A stretch of 61,901 bases of DNA, counting the filler, from Hausera hauseri (taxonomy: Eukaryota): assembly GCA_046269625.1 (NCBI GenBank). It is 13 parts of 13 records of this genome, joined end to end, with 100 filler letters (N's around TTAATTAATTAA, not from the genome) between each part and the next. Parts side by side here need not be neighbours in the genome. Positions count along the whole stretch, not along the records: positions 1 to 4,433 come from JBJURY010584111.1; positions 4,534 to 9,199 come from JBJURY010483909.1; positions 9,300 to 13,650 come from JBJURY010621997.1; 10 more parts are not named here. One strand, written 5' to 3'. This document shows positions 1 to 9,913 of the stretch, piece by piece (position 1 is the stretch's first letter; every line of letters starts with the position of its first letter). The notes below the pieces were generated by a model. That model did no database searches. It worked only from the letters and a program-made list of their open reading frames with translations, and had not been told where the DNA came from. Both the position numbers and the translations under genes were made by a program.

Positions 1-156
1 TTGCATTATATTATATTACACAAAATTATTCATCACGTTAGGTGACCAATATACCCTTAAAGTATTTAACTGTTATTAGCCTTATATAAATGATACTATA
101 TTAATAGATAATACATACATAACGTGAATTATTTTGTGTAATATAATATAATGCAA
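1..156. mobile_element. MITE-like element with ~37-40 bp terminal inverted repeats
   Basis: TTGCATTATATTATATTACACAAAATTATTCATCACGTTA (1-40) is nearly the reverse complement of TAACGTGAATTATTTTGTGTAATATAATATAATGCAA (120-156). The interior is non-coding and AT-rich. The left end may lie outside the window. Confidence 0.6.
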
Positions 157-861
157 AACTAATGAAAATATTTGGAAGAGTGTAAATATATAAGGCGTTT
201 CTGAATGAATAAGGAAACCTTTGATTTTTATAACTATTGATTAATTTAATTTGAAAGGTACAAATAGCATAGACTATTGAAACATAATGAACATTTGGTA
301 AATAGAACAGGCTTAATTAAGTCTTTACAATCCATAATCCAGCTATGCTATACGTAAAATTATACTCTAATAAAAACTTATCGGAAAAGGGCGATGCATA
401 TTTCATTTAAATTGACTGCTATTTTATAAACAAGAATCCAAAAGTCATAAAAAACAAATATGTAAAATTAAATAATAGTAAATTGTAACTTATCCATACT
501 AGGTATAAACAGCTTTGTATACATATTGTGAGTTCGACTTTTACTTTATGCTTAAAACAAGTTATTTTTAATGTAAAGAGAACTATCATAAATGCATAGT
601 TATTATTTATTGTCATTTTATACGGCGTGCTTTATACTTTGTTGTTATTTATTTAATAAATACACACACAAACACACGCACAGATGATTATTTATAAATT
701 TACATATGCATAATTAATTTTATTTGGTGTCATTTCAATCGTTAATCATGTGTTTTTTAATCGAATCTTGATTATAATTTTAGAACAATTCATCAGATTT
801 ATTAATGTTTTGTTTCGATTTTTCTCCTGCCATTTAAATTGAAATAAAGGATTATTTTACA

Positions 862-2811
862 ATGAGTTCCAAAGAAAAATTGTCCACTGATTTCAAAAAG
901 ATATCCGAAGGTCTAACATTTTCTTTAAATGATTCGATTTTTGACAGTGAAGTGCTAAATTTAATACCGATATCTCTGGAAAGTCCCAATGAAAATTTAT
1001 CGGACAGTTCAGTCTTCTTGCCTACTATCGAAGCTATGCTTGAAGCGGATGAAGTCAAATTTAGCCCATGCGATCGTGGTGATAATAAAGAATTAAGTCA
1101 GATTACTCCAGATATACAGAACGTACAGATTTCCGACAGTCAGCCTCGTCTTTCACAGGAATATAACTTTGGTTTTAATTCAACATTTAGTCAAAGCCAA
1201 ATATCATCTGTCGAAGTTCCCAGTGAAAATCTGCATCACTATCAATCCGTATTGTTTCATTGGTTTTATTGTGTAATCATCAACGGTCTTGCTGAATGGA
1301 AAGCCTTCTCCATTACTGATTCCAATAAATTAGAGTGGAAATATTCCGAATTATTTCAACAGTCTCCGATTGAAACCGATCAGAAAGACGATTGGATTCC
1401 AACCTATGGTGGAAATTACGACGTCAGTATTTCCAAACGACAGAAAATTTCCGTTTATTGGGATGAACCACCGATGGAAATTCGTCGTGTTTCTTGGTTC
1501 TATCGTCCGGAAGATGACAGTCGAATTTTGCCATATTCCGAAACGGAATGTGATTTTCTGGAGAACACGTTCAAGCAAGTAACAGAGAACAATTGGTGGC
1601 ATAAATCGTTCGTATTACACGTCAAACCGGACGGTTGCTTGGAGGACAAATTCGTGTTCCATTCACCGAATACCATCGTCCAATATCGACGATATCCATA
1701 CGGGATCAGTTCGTCGACAAATCTCGATGATATTATCAAAGGAAGAGTTGTTTATCGCAGTATTGATTCCATTCGACACTTACTAGAAACCGACGAAATG
1801 GATCAAATTAATCACGTGATATTCGTCGTCCACGGTATCGGTCCGGTCTGTGATATGAAAGGTCGAGGAATTGTCGACTGTATCAAACAAATGAAACGTC
1901 TAGCGACAACTCTCCAGCCGACACATTTCCCCAATTACAACGGACGAATTCAATTTCTGCCCGTGTCGTGGTACGATCGATTCCATTGCCAAGAGACGAA
2001 TGTCGACAAAATCCTATCGACAATCACTCTAAGAAGTGTACCGAAATTGCGGGGATTTACCAACAGTACGTTGGTCGATGTGCTGAGTTACAGCAGTCCG
2101 AAATATTGCCAGATAATTCTGTCGACAGTTGCTAACGAAATGAATCGACTGCGGCATTTGTTCATGTCGAGAAATCCATCGTACGATGGCTGTTTCTCCA
2201 TTGTCGGTCACAGTCTCGGTTCGGTTATTGCATTTGATTTGATTCGGCTTCAGAATCCGATTGGAGACGATTTGACATTTTTGGTCGACCGGGGATCCAT
2301 ACCGCAATTGGAATTCGATGTTGGGTATTTATTTGCGTTGGGATCGCCGATATCGCTCTTCTTAACATCCCGTGGACAGTCGTCATTGGGTGAGGAATTC
2401 CATTTGCCGTCGTGCAAGGGATTCTTCAATATTTTCCATCCGTTTGACCCGGTTGCTTATCGGATTGAACCGATGATCATTTCGGATTTCAATGGGAAAC
2501 CGGTGATTATTCCCCATCACAAAGGCCGTAAACGATTGCATTTGGAATTGAAAGATAACTTCGTACGAGTGAGCAATGACATCAAGAGTAAACTGTTTCA
2601 AACGCTGAAAACGACGTGGAATTCTCTGCAGGAATTTGCCAGTTCCCATAGGTTACCGGCGGATGGGGAATGGGAAGATGATTTGGCAAACGTTCTGTCG
2701 AAAATGGACAATAGCATCGGTGATCGGGATGATAATGGACCGGATTCGGTGGGGTTGAATGTTGATATGGGACGGATAAATAACGGTCGACGTGTGGATT
2801 ACGTGTTGCAG
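862..2811 (+). CDS. DDHD-domain intracellular phospholipase A1 (DDHD2/SEC23IP-like); large coding exon, final exon(s) not in contig
   Basis: WWE-like region (VYWDEPPMEIRRVSWFY), FVVHGIG, lipase motif GHSLG and DDHD domain (FFNIFHPFDPVAYRIEP...GRKRLHLELK...RVDYVLQ). A splice donor CAG|GTGTGC at 2811/2812 falls where homology stops. Confidence 0.9.
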
Positions 2812-3249
2812 GTGTGCAGTAGTTTTTTGTTGTTTGGATTTGGATTGGATACACACATACACACACACACACCGATTAGAAACTAAACAACATAACTTTT
2901 TTATTGTCCGTTTTGACAATTTCATAAGAATTTTCCATCAATAAAAATTCAAGAAAACCGAAAAATGTAAACAAAAATCAATGAGTAACGTTCACAGAAT
3001 TTATCCAATTGTTATTGCGTAATCATACAGGCTTCTTGCATACGTGATTCCCAATATAACATTTTCTTTTTGTAAATGTTACTAAACAATCCACGGGAAA
3101 TGGGGAATTTAAACTCTATATCCCCCCCCCTTCGGCACACCAATGTTAACAAAATTAAAGTTCATTTCAACCGCCAATGCTATGACGTAATAGTTCTTTA
3201 TACGGCCGAACCCCTGAGATTCTACAAAATTAAAACTCCATTTTATCGA

Positions 3250-4143
3250 AATTAACGCAAACTCGCAACATTCTATTTTGGCAAGAAGATCGAATTGATT
3301 TCGCGATACGGAGGAGAATCACCTAACAACGGCTGTCTCTGGAGAGAGTCCTATCCACGTGGTTTACCCAGCAGCGCACCTTGAATGTGTCAACTAGTAA
3401 ACCTCTACTGGCCGATAAAGAACGGCAAATCGCTCTGGATCTCGGCGTGGAGAAATCCAAGGCCAGCAACGGCTTCATCCACCGCTTCAAAAAAAGGCAT
3501 GGTATAGTTTTTAAAACTTCACAAGGAGAAACAGTCGCCGTTAATGAAGATACCGCCTATCGATGGAAAATCAGTATTCTTTCTTCTTTAATGCTATTCT
3601 TCTGTCGGTGTACAATGTCGACAAGTCTGCACTTCTTTATGAATGCATGCCGCTCAAGACATTGGATTTCCAAAGAGACTGGTATGAAAGTTGCAAGAAA
3701 AACAAAGTTAGCGTGACTTTGTTGTTCTCTGCCAACATGGATGGGAACGACAAAAGAAAGCTTCTTTTATTGGCAGCCATGTCAAACCATGATGCTTTAA
3801 AGGAATTGATGCAGCGAGACTTCCAGTGGAGTATGCCAGCAGCAAAAAACTTGAATGAATCGCTCTCTATGGAGTGAGTGGCTCACTAAATTCAACCATC
3901 AAATAAGAAGAAATCATCGAAAGATTCTGCTGATTGTCGACAATGTCTCCAGCCACTGTATGCCGCTGCGGCTTTCGTCCATTGGATTGGTTTTTTGACC
4001 ACCAAATACGACGTCACGTATTCAGCCCTGTGATCATTATCGCGGCTTTCAAGGTGCACTATAGAAGAGCCTTTGTGAAGCGTCTTTTGCTTCAGATTGA
4101 CTCAAAAAAAATCATTGGCAGAATTCCGGCGACTGGTATATAA
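3250..4143 (+). mobile_element. Degenerate pogo/Tigger (CENP-B HTH + DDE_1) transposase
   Basis: Fragments ASNGFIHRFKKRHGI, VYNVDKSAL, VTLLFSANMDG, KILLIVDN, PNTTSRIQPCD and IIAAFKVHYRR are spread across frameshifted frames. Confidence 0.85.
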
Positions 4144-4433
4144 GAATGAAGGAGATAGAGAGCCTGATGTGGAGGGAAGATATTGCAAAAATCGCGGGAA
4201 GAAGTCCAACGAATTGTATATAAGACAGAAAGACATGGTTTCCTTTGCATGTCTTTACTGATTGTAGAGCTAAGAGGTGATGATTGTCAACCTCATTTCA
4301 CATTCTGTTGCATGTCTTTCACCCATGTATATTACAGTGACAATAACCCTTTTTGTGGCAAGCAATAATCTATAGTGAATTTCAGCAGGATATCGTTTTA
4401 ACCTCCATTGAGTTTCTGCGTTCACGACCGGCA

Positions 4434-4533
4434 NNNNNNNNNNNNNNNNNNNNNNNNNNNNNNNNNNNNNNNNNNNNTTAATTAATTAANNNNNNNNNNN
4501 NNNNNNNNNNNNNNNNNNNNNNNNNNNNNNNNN
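4434..4533. other. Artificial contig linker N44-TTAATTAATTAA-N44 (first of 12; others at 9200, 13651, 17882, 22572, 26681, 34529, 38651, 43351, 47417, 53683, 57730)
   Basis: An identical 100-nt spacer with stops in all six frames. The sequence on either side is unrelated. Confidence 0.99.
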
Positions 4534-4551
4534 CCTCGTGTCTCACTGCAG

Positions 4552-4631
4552 GGAGAGTTCTGAACAGGTTCTCTAAGGACATCGGTCAGCTGGACTCCAA
4601 CCTGCCCTGGACGTTCACAGACTTCATTCAG
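4552..4631 (+). CDS. ABCC4: Single 80-bp internal exon of vertebrate (teleost-like) ABCC4/MRP4 transporter; probable host-fish DNA
   Basis: ctgcag|GG AGA GTT CTG AAC AGG...TTC ATT CAG|gtgagg encodes [27 protein letters not shown]. Codon third positions are GC-rich, unlike the rest of the window. Confidence 0.8.
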
Positions 4632-5214
4632 GTGAGGACAGATCTGAAGCTCAGGAGGGACACTGCTTCCTCTGACTACTTGGTGGTAAAACCCTGAAAC
4701 CTGGGCCTTGTAACATGATTTTATAGGTTTTCTGCTACTTTCCACTCGACTTGAAACAGCGTCTCAGAGAAGGCCTAACTTTCTCGTTAGAGCGATTTAA
4801 ATGGACCCTGTGATGTGATGTATCATTTAATCGATTGGAACAGATTTTAATCTAGTAAACCATTATTTGACAATTAATCGTAAGTCGATTAATTGTTTTC
4901 ATCCCTATTTATTATTATTAATATTAATGTGTCTCATTGATGTTGGCAGGTTTCATGTAGGCTTCTGACATTCTAATTTTAAACTTTATAAATAGTCGTT
5001 AACTGTTTTATTTGGTCAATTTTTTTCATAAGTGAATAGACGTCAAAGTTTGAGCTGTTTCAGCTTTGTTTAACACAAATAAAAATAAAGTTTTTTCCAA
5101 GATACCTGTTGATGAACGCCAAGCTTCAACAAATCTATCTAAAGATGACTCTATTGTAAAATTTTGTTTCTTTCAAGAGATTTACCAAGAGGGGTTTTTC
5201 TTAAAGAACTTTTA

Positions 5215-5280
5215 TGATACAATGAAATAGTTGTAAGTGATTTCAAGAAAAGTAATTTTTTTAAAAAGTCTTTAGGAGGT
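5215..5280 (+). promoter_or_regulatory. Bacterial extended -10 (TGnTACAAT, 5215-5223) and Shine-Dalgarno (AGGAGGT, 5274-5280) for accA
   Basis: The SD lies 6 nt upstream of ATG 5287. There is no convincing -35. Confidence 0.55.
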
Positions 5281-5286
5281 GGTGAT

Positions 5287-6234
5287 ATGGTTTTATTGGA
5301 ATTTGAAAAATCTCTAGAACCTCTGGTGAAAAAATTAGAGAACCTTAAAGAAGGGAAGAAAAAAGAAGTAGAAGAGGAAATTCGTAAGAATTTGGAAAAG
5401 ATTTATAAAGATTTAACCCCTTGGCAAAAAACTCTTATCTCTCGCCACCCGAACAGACCTTATGCTATGGACTATGTGGATAACTTATTTAAAGACGTCG
5501 TGTATCTCAGTGGAGATAGACTTGGGTATGATGATGGTTGTACGATAGGAGGTCTTGCAACGTTTCAAGGAACTCCTCTTGTTTTTGTCGGTCAACAAAA
5601 AGGAAGAAATTTAGAAGAGAATATGAAATACAATTTTGGGATGCCGAAACCAGAAGGCTATAGAAAAGCCCTGAGACTTTTTGAAATGGCAAATAACTTT
5701 GGAAAACCTATTGTTACCCTTATTGATACACCGGGAGCCTATCCGGGACTAGAGGGGGAAGAGCGATCTCAAGCAGAGGCAATAGCTAGAAATTTACGGG
5801 AGATGGCACGACTTAAGGTCCCTGTTGTTGCTATAGTTATAGGGGAAGGTGGTAGCGGAGGAGCTTTGGGAATTGCTGTAGCTAACCAAGTTTTTATGCT
5901 AGAAAACTCTATTTATTCGGTTATCTCTCCGGAGTCCTGTGCTTCTATCTTGTGGAAAGATGCAAGCAAGAAGGAAGAAGCTGCAAGACTTTTGAAAAAT
6001 GATTCTCAGACAGCTAAAAAATGGGGAATTGTAGATAAAATTATAGAAGAGGGAGTTGGTGGGGCTCACCGCAACTGGAACCTTGTGATGGATAACGTGA
6101 GTGCAGCTTTAAGTGAGTTTTTAAAAACTTTTGGAAAGCTTTCTTCTCATGAGTTGGTGGAAAATCGTATGAAAAAGTTTGCAAATATTGGTTTTGTGCA
6201 AGTAGATAAAAAAGCCCCTTCCAAGAAGATTTAG
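5287..6234 (+). CDS. accA: Bacterial acetyl-CoA carboxylase carboxyltransferase alpha subunit
   Basis: Motifs LEFEK, LTPWQ...RHPNRPY, NFGMPKPEGYRKALR, IDTPGAYPG, GEGGSGGALGI and YSVISPESCASILWKD. Full length (315 aa), intronless, with an SD. Confidence 0.97.
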   Translation: MVLLEFEKSLEPLVKKLENLKEGKKKEVEEEIRKNLEKIYKDLTPWQKTLISRHPNRPYAMDYVDNLFKDVVYLSGDRLGYDDGCTIGGLATFQGTPLVFVGQQKGRNLEENMKYNFGMPKPEGYRKALRLFEMANNFGKPIVTLIDTPGAYPGLEGEERSQAEAIARNLREMARLKVPVVAIVIGEGGSGGALGIAVANQVFMLENSIYSVISPESCASILWKDASKKEEAARLLKNDSQTAKKWGIVDKIIEEGVGGAHRNWNLVMDNVSAALSEFLKTFGKLSSHELVENRMKKFANIGFVQVDKKAPSKKI

Positions 6235-6274
6235 GATATTTATAAGTAAGTATAACAAGTAAAATGAGATACCG

Positions 6275-7210
6275 ATGAGTGAAAAAAAAGGTGAAATAAA
6301 AGAAACAGAAAAAAATGTTGCTGGAACTTTTGAGGAAGTAGTTTTTCGTTTAAAAAGCTTTTGGCGTCAAAAAGGTTGCCTTACCATAGAGCCTTATGAT
6401 ATGCCTATGGGTGCTGCAACCTTTCATCCAGAGACTTTTTTTCGTTCCTTAGGTCCTGAACCTTACCGAATGTCTTGTATACAACCTTGTCGTAGACCTA
6501 CCGACGGGCGCTATGGGGAAAATCCAAACCGCCTTCAACGTTATTACCAGTTTCAAGTTATTATCAAACCCTCTTTTGACACCATCCAACAAGATTATCT
6601 TGAAAGCCTCAAAGCTTTGGGTCTCGATATTTATAAACATGATTTACGCTTTGTTCATGATGACTGGAAGTCACCTACTTTAGGAGCATGGGGTCTTGGT
6701 TGGGAAGTGTGGTTAGACGGCATGGAAGTTAGCCAGTTCACCTATTTTCAGCAAATGGGAGGGCAGAAGTTAAGCCCCATCACCGTAGAGCTCACCTACG
6801 GACTAGAAAGACTTAGTCTTTATTTACAGAATAAAACTAGTGTGTATGAGTTGGCATATAACGAAGAACTGAGCTACGGAGACCTTTTTTTAGAAAATGA
6901 AAGGGAGCAGTCTGCCTTTAACTTTGAGCTTGCCGAGGTGGATCTCCTTTTAGAAGGCTACAAAAACGCCAAGAAACAGTTACAACTTCTTAGTGAGAAG
7001 AGACTGTATTTACCGGCTTATGATAGCCTGACGAGCTGTTCTCACTACTTTAACCTCCTCGATGCAAGAGGAATGTTATCTGTAACGGCAAGGGCTTCCT
7101 ATATACAAGACATTAATGCCCTGAGTACAGGACTTGCAAAACTTTATGTACAAGATAGAGAAAAAAAAGGCTATCCTCTCCTGAAAAAGTGGCAGGGAGC
7201 TTCCCTATGA
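6275..7210 (+). CDS. glyQ: Bacterial glycine--tRNA ligase alpha subunit
   Basis: Motifs QPCRRPTDGRYGENPNRLQRYYQFQV, SPTLGAWGLGWEVWLDGMEVSQFTYFQQ, ELTYGLERL and SHYFNLLDARG. Confidence 0.97.
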   Translation: MSEKKGEIKETEKNVAGTFEEVVFRLKSFWRQKGCLTIEPYDMPMGAATFHPETFFRSLGPEPYRMSCIQPCRRPTDGRYGENPNRLQRYYQFQVIIKPSFDTIQQDYLESLKALGLDIYKHDLRFVHDDWKSPTLGAWGLGWEVWLDGMEVSQFTYFQQMGGQKLSPITVELTYGLERLSLYLQNKTSVYELAYNEELSYGDLFLENEREQSAFNFELAEVDLLLEGYKNAKKQLQLLSEKRLYLPAYDSLTSCSHYFNLLDARGMLSVTARASYIQDINALSTGLAKLYVQDREKKGYPLLKKWQGASL

Positions 7211-7353
7211 CAGAGAACAAGGGTAAAAACTTTATCTTTGAACTGGGCTTTGAAGAGATCCCCCATGGAATCTTGGATAAACTATATGATGATTTTTCTG
7301 ATTGTATTTTGAGGAATTTACAATCTGTTGGGTTAAATGTGGTGTCTTGCTAA
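7207..7353 (+). pseudogene. glyS: 5' fragment (48 codons) of glycine--tRNA ligase beta subunit, truncated at junction with retrotransposon DNA
   Basis: The start overlaps the glyQ stop (ATGA). MTENKGKNFIFELGFEEIP matches the GlyS N-terminal (L/F)xExGxEExP motif. Confidence 0.85.
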
Positions 7354-8270
7354 AAGAAACTCGGAGAAAGAAAAGTAGTAGCTGGTAAGGAGACAATAGG
7401 AGAAAATGGAGGAATGGTAGGAGTAGGAACAGTAGGTGTAGTAGATGTGTGAACAGAAACAGGAACCGAAGAAAATGTAGTGGGAGTAGAATCGGAGGCA
7501 GAAACAGAAGGAAATATAGGAGTCAAAAAATTTGTTGAAGTTTCAATTGGAATGGTGTCATCCACGAAAAAGGCAGGTTTCACATTATTTATATAGACTG
7601 TTAGTTCTTTTCCATCTTTAAGAATTATCGCATTGTGAGAAAGTAGTTGAACTAGCTTATAAGGCCCGAGATACTGCGGTTGAAAACCACACGGTGTTTG
7701 ATTACGTAGCCAAACGAACTTAGCAGAACACAAGTCGTCAGGTAAATATGTTTTATTGTTGTGTAGTATTCTACAGAATAAGTCTTTACTGACTTCAGTG
7801 AAATGGTCCTGTGCTGCTTTGATCTTTTCGTCTGTAGGCATATTATCTAGTGCGGTTAACTCCAACAAGGAGCGAACAGGTGTTCCATATACTGCTTCGG
7901 TAGGTGAGAATCCTATGGAAGTGGAAAACGTGTTTCGCCAACTGAGCAGGACCAAAGGAAGAAGAACAGTCCAGCTACTGTTGGATTCAGAGAGAATTTT
8001 TAGCGACGTTTTCATGGTTCTGTGGAATCTCTCAATAAGACCGTTTGATTGTGAATGATAAGGATTCCCAATCTATTGACGAGTGATTTGAATAGGTTGG
8101 ACTCGAATTGAGGGCCTTGGTCCGAAATGATAAATTTAGGAGACCCGAACCTGCTGATCCAAGTGCGGTTGAAAATGTCGGCTATTGTGTCTGTGTTAGT
8201 GCTCCGTAGAGGGACAGCTTCTGGCCAACGTGAGATGCGATCCATCATTGGCAAAATGAATTGATGACTG
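7350..8270 (-). mobile_element. Ty3/gypsy integrase (core + GPY/F + Ser/Thr/Pro-rich tail), frameshifted
   Basis: Motifs MDRISRWPEAVPL, WISRFGSPKFIISDQGPQFES, SPTEAVYG and YLGPYKLV. Same family as 43451-44466. Confidence 0.9.
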
Positions 8271-8650
8271 ATTGTCAAAGTCTCGTCGAAATACACACGC
8301 AAATCTATCTTTTCCATCCGGAATCCGTTCCAAAACGTACGCTGCAGATGAACACACAACGTATCCGGTAATGGTTGTATTAACCTTGCCATTCGAACTG
8401 CTTTTTTGCTTTGGCAGTCTTTGTTATCACATTCATACCCATCAATACCATCCATTTCAAAAAACTTAGCGATAAGTGTTTGTAAATCAAGTTTTGCTAA
8501 ACAAAATTTAAACCGAAACGAAATAAAAAGCTGCATACTTCGAGATCTCCCTGAAGGAATTGGAACATGAAGTGCTAAATCACACTGCAAAGGGGACATT
8601 GTACTGCAAATATCTGAACACCGTATTTCGTACTGAATCAAAATTCTCAT
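8270..8650 (-). pseudogene. Fragment of ubiquitin-specific protease (peptidase C19, USP30-like) joined in frame to integrase
   Basis: CSDIC...CDLALHVP, IDGYECDNKDC and LPDTLCVHLQRTFW...KIDLRVYFDETL. Candidate 42-nt GT..AG intron at 8497-8538. The His box is missing. Confidence 0.7.
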
Positions 8651-9299
8651 AGGTATAGGGAATTTAAGCCATTCTTGAATGTCCTTTTTCTGAAAAAGTT
8701 ATTCACGGAATCTTTGAAATTTCACAGTTAGAGAATTAATTAAATATACTGAAAATAAAGTATATTCGCTTCAGTCACTACAAAGGAGATCTACAAGATG
8801 ACATTATTTTTTATCGGTTTATTTCAATAAACGTTAGCCATGTTTAGCAACAACGAAAGAGGTTCCATGGTATCATAGAAAACATTGGCATTTCATAATT
8901 TACTTATTTAATCAGTTTGCAAAGCTTTTATACGTTTTAAATGTTTACCTGGTGACAAGTTCATTAGTAAAAATAAGCATAGGAAAAACAACCTATATTC
9001 ATCGCCTAGTTCAATGACTTGTTGCCAACGTGTCAGAACTTCTGACTCAGAAGTGAGTGGATACCACATCTAAAAAACTCTGTATGCCATAAAGTAAAGA
9101 AAACCAAAGAGCACAGATGCACTTCACCTTCATTTCTAATTGTTTTGACGAAATTTCAAATTTCCAGAATTTCAATTCAGTCTGAAGCCAGGAAAAATCN
9201 NNNNNNNNNNNNNNNNNNNNNNNNNNNNNNNNNNNNNNNNNNNTTAATTAATTAANNNNNNNNNNNNNNNNNNNNNNNNNNNNNNNNNNNNNNNNNNNN

Positions 9300-9902
9300 A
9301 CTCTTTTACGACAACCATCTTCAATACCACACCCACGCTATCATCCAGAACAAATTACTAGACCATTACCTGAATTACCAGTACCTATACCTACAATAAT
9401 ACCCACACCAACTATTTCTTATAGTCCATCACTACCAATATCTTTACAAGAAGATTGGTTTCCTGTCTACAGCAAGTGTCCAATTGATCTTATATCTGAT
9501 CTAGCCCCTCCTGATTTATGGGCAACATTACAATCTCACTACTATGACCAGTTTCCTACCTACGAATGCACTATATGCCTTACCGAAAGAATAACAGTAG
9601 TTCAATTCCAATGTAATCACAAACTATGTGCAACCTGTTTCAATAAACTACGATCCCAATCTCTCAAATCAATCAACCCAGAAGACGCTTCCCAAATGTC
9701 CTTTCAAAACGGCATTTCATGCCCATACTGTCGACAGCCGTCAGTCTACTACCATTTCTCCTACACCTACGACAACCGAACCCAACGATTATGTCATTGG
9801 ATGAACCCGATAAATGATGCAACATTAACAATCAAACCTAGAAACCTCAGTTTCATTGATGCCAGCACTCAGAGTGATCCGGAGGACCGAATCCTTCTTT
9901 AA
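9300..9902 (+). CDS. 5'-truncated ORF: Pro-rich linker + C3HC4 RING finger, terminal ORF of an LTR retrotransposon
   Basis: The frame is open from the contig start to TAA 9902 (200 codons; the ORF track shows only the last 68). RING motif CTIC-x11-CNH-x2-CATC-x25-CPYC at 9567-9731. Confidence 0.8.
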   Translation, partial: TLLRQPSSIPHPRYHPEQITRPLPELPVPIPTIIPTPTISYSPSLPISLQEDWFPVYSKCPIDLISDLAPPDLWATLQSHYYDQFPTYECTICLTERITVVQFQCNHKLCATCFNKLRSQSLKSINPEDASQMSFQNGISCPYCRQPSVYYHFSYTYDNRTQRLCHWMNPINDATLTIKPRNLSFIDASTQSDPEDRILL

Positions 9903-9913
9903 AGGGGGAGAAA
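9901..9913 (+). promoter_or_regulatory. Polypurine tract preceding an LTR
   Basis: AAAGGGGGAGAAA is followed directly by TGTTAAGG. The ORF end (gaggaccgaatccttctttaaaggggg) is typical of gypsy elements. Confidence 0.75.

Noticed and set aside
2812-2886. C-terminal 24 aa of the 674-aa ORF
   Set aside because: This is read-through past a splice donor into an intron containing a CA repeat.
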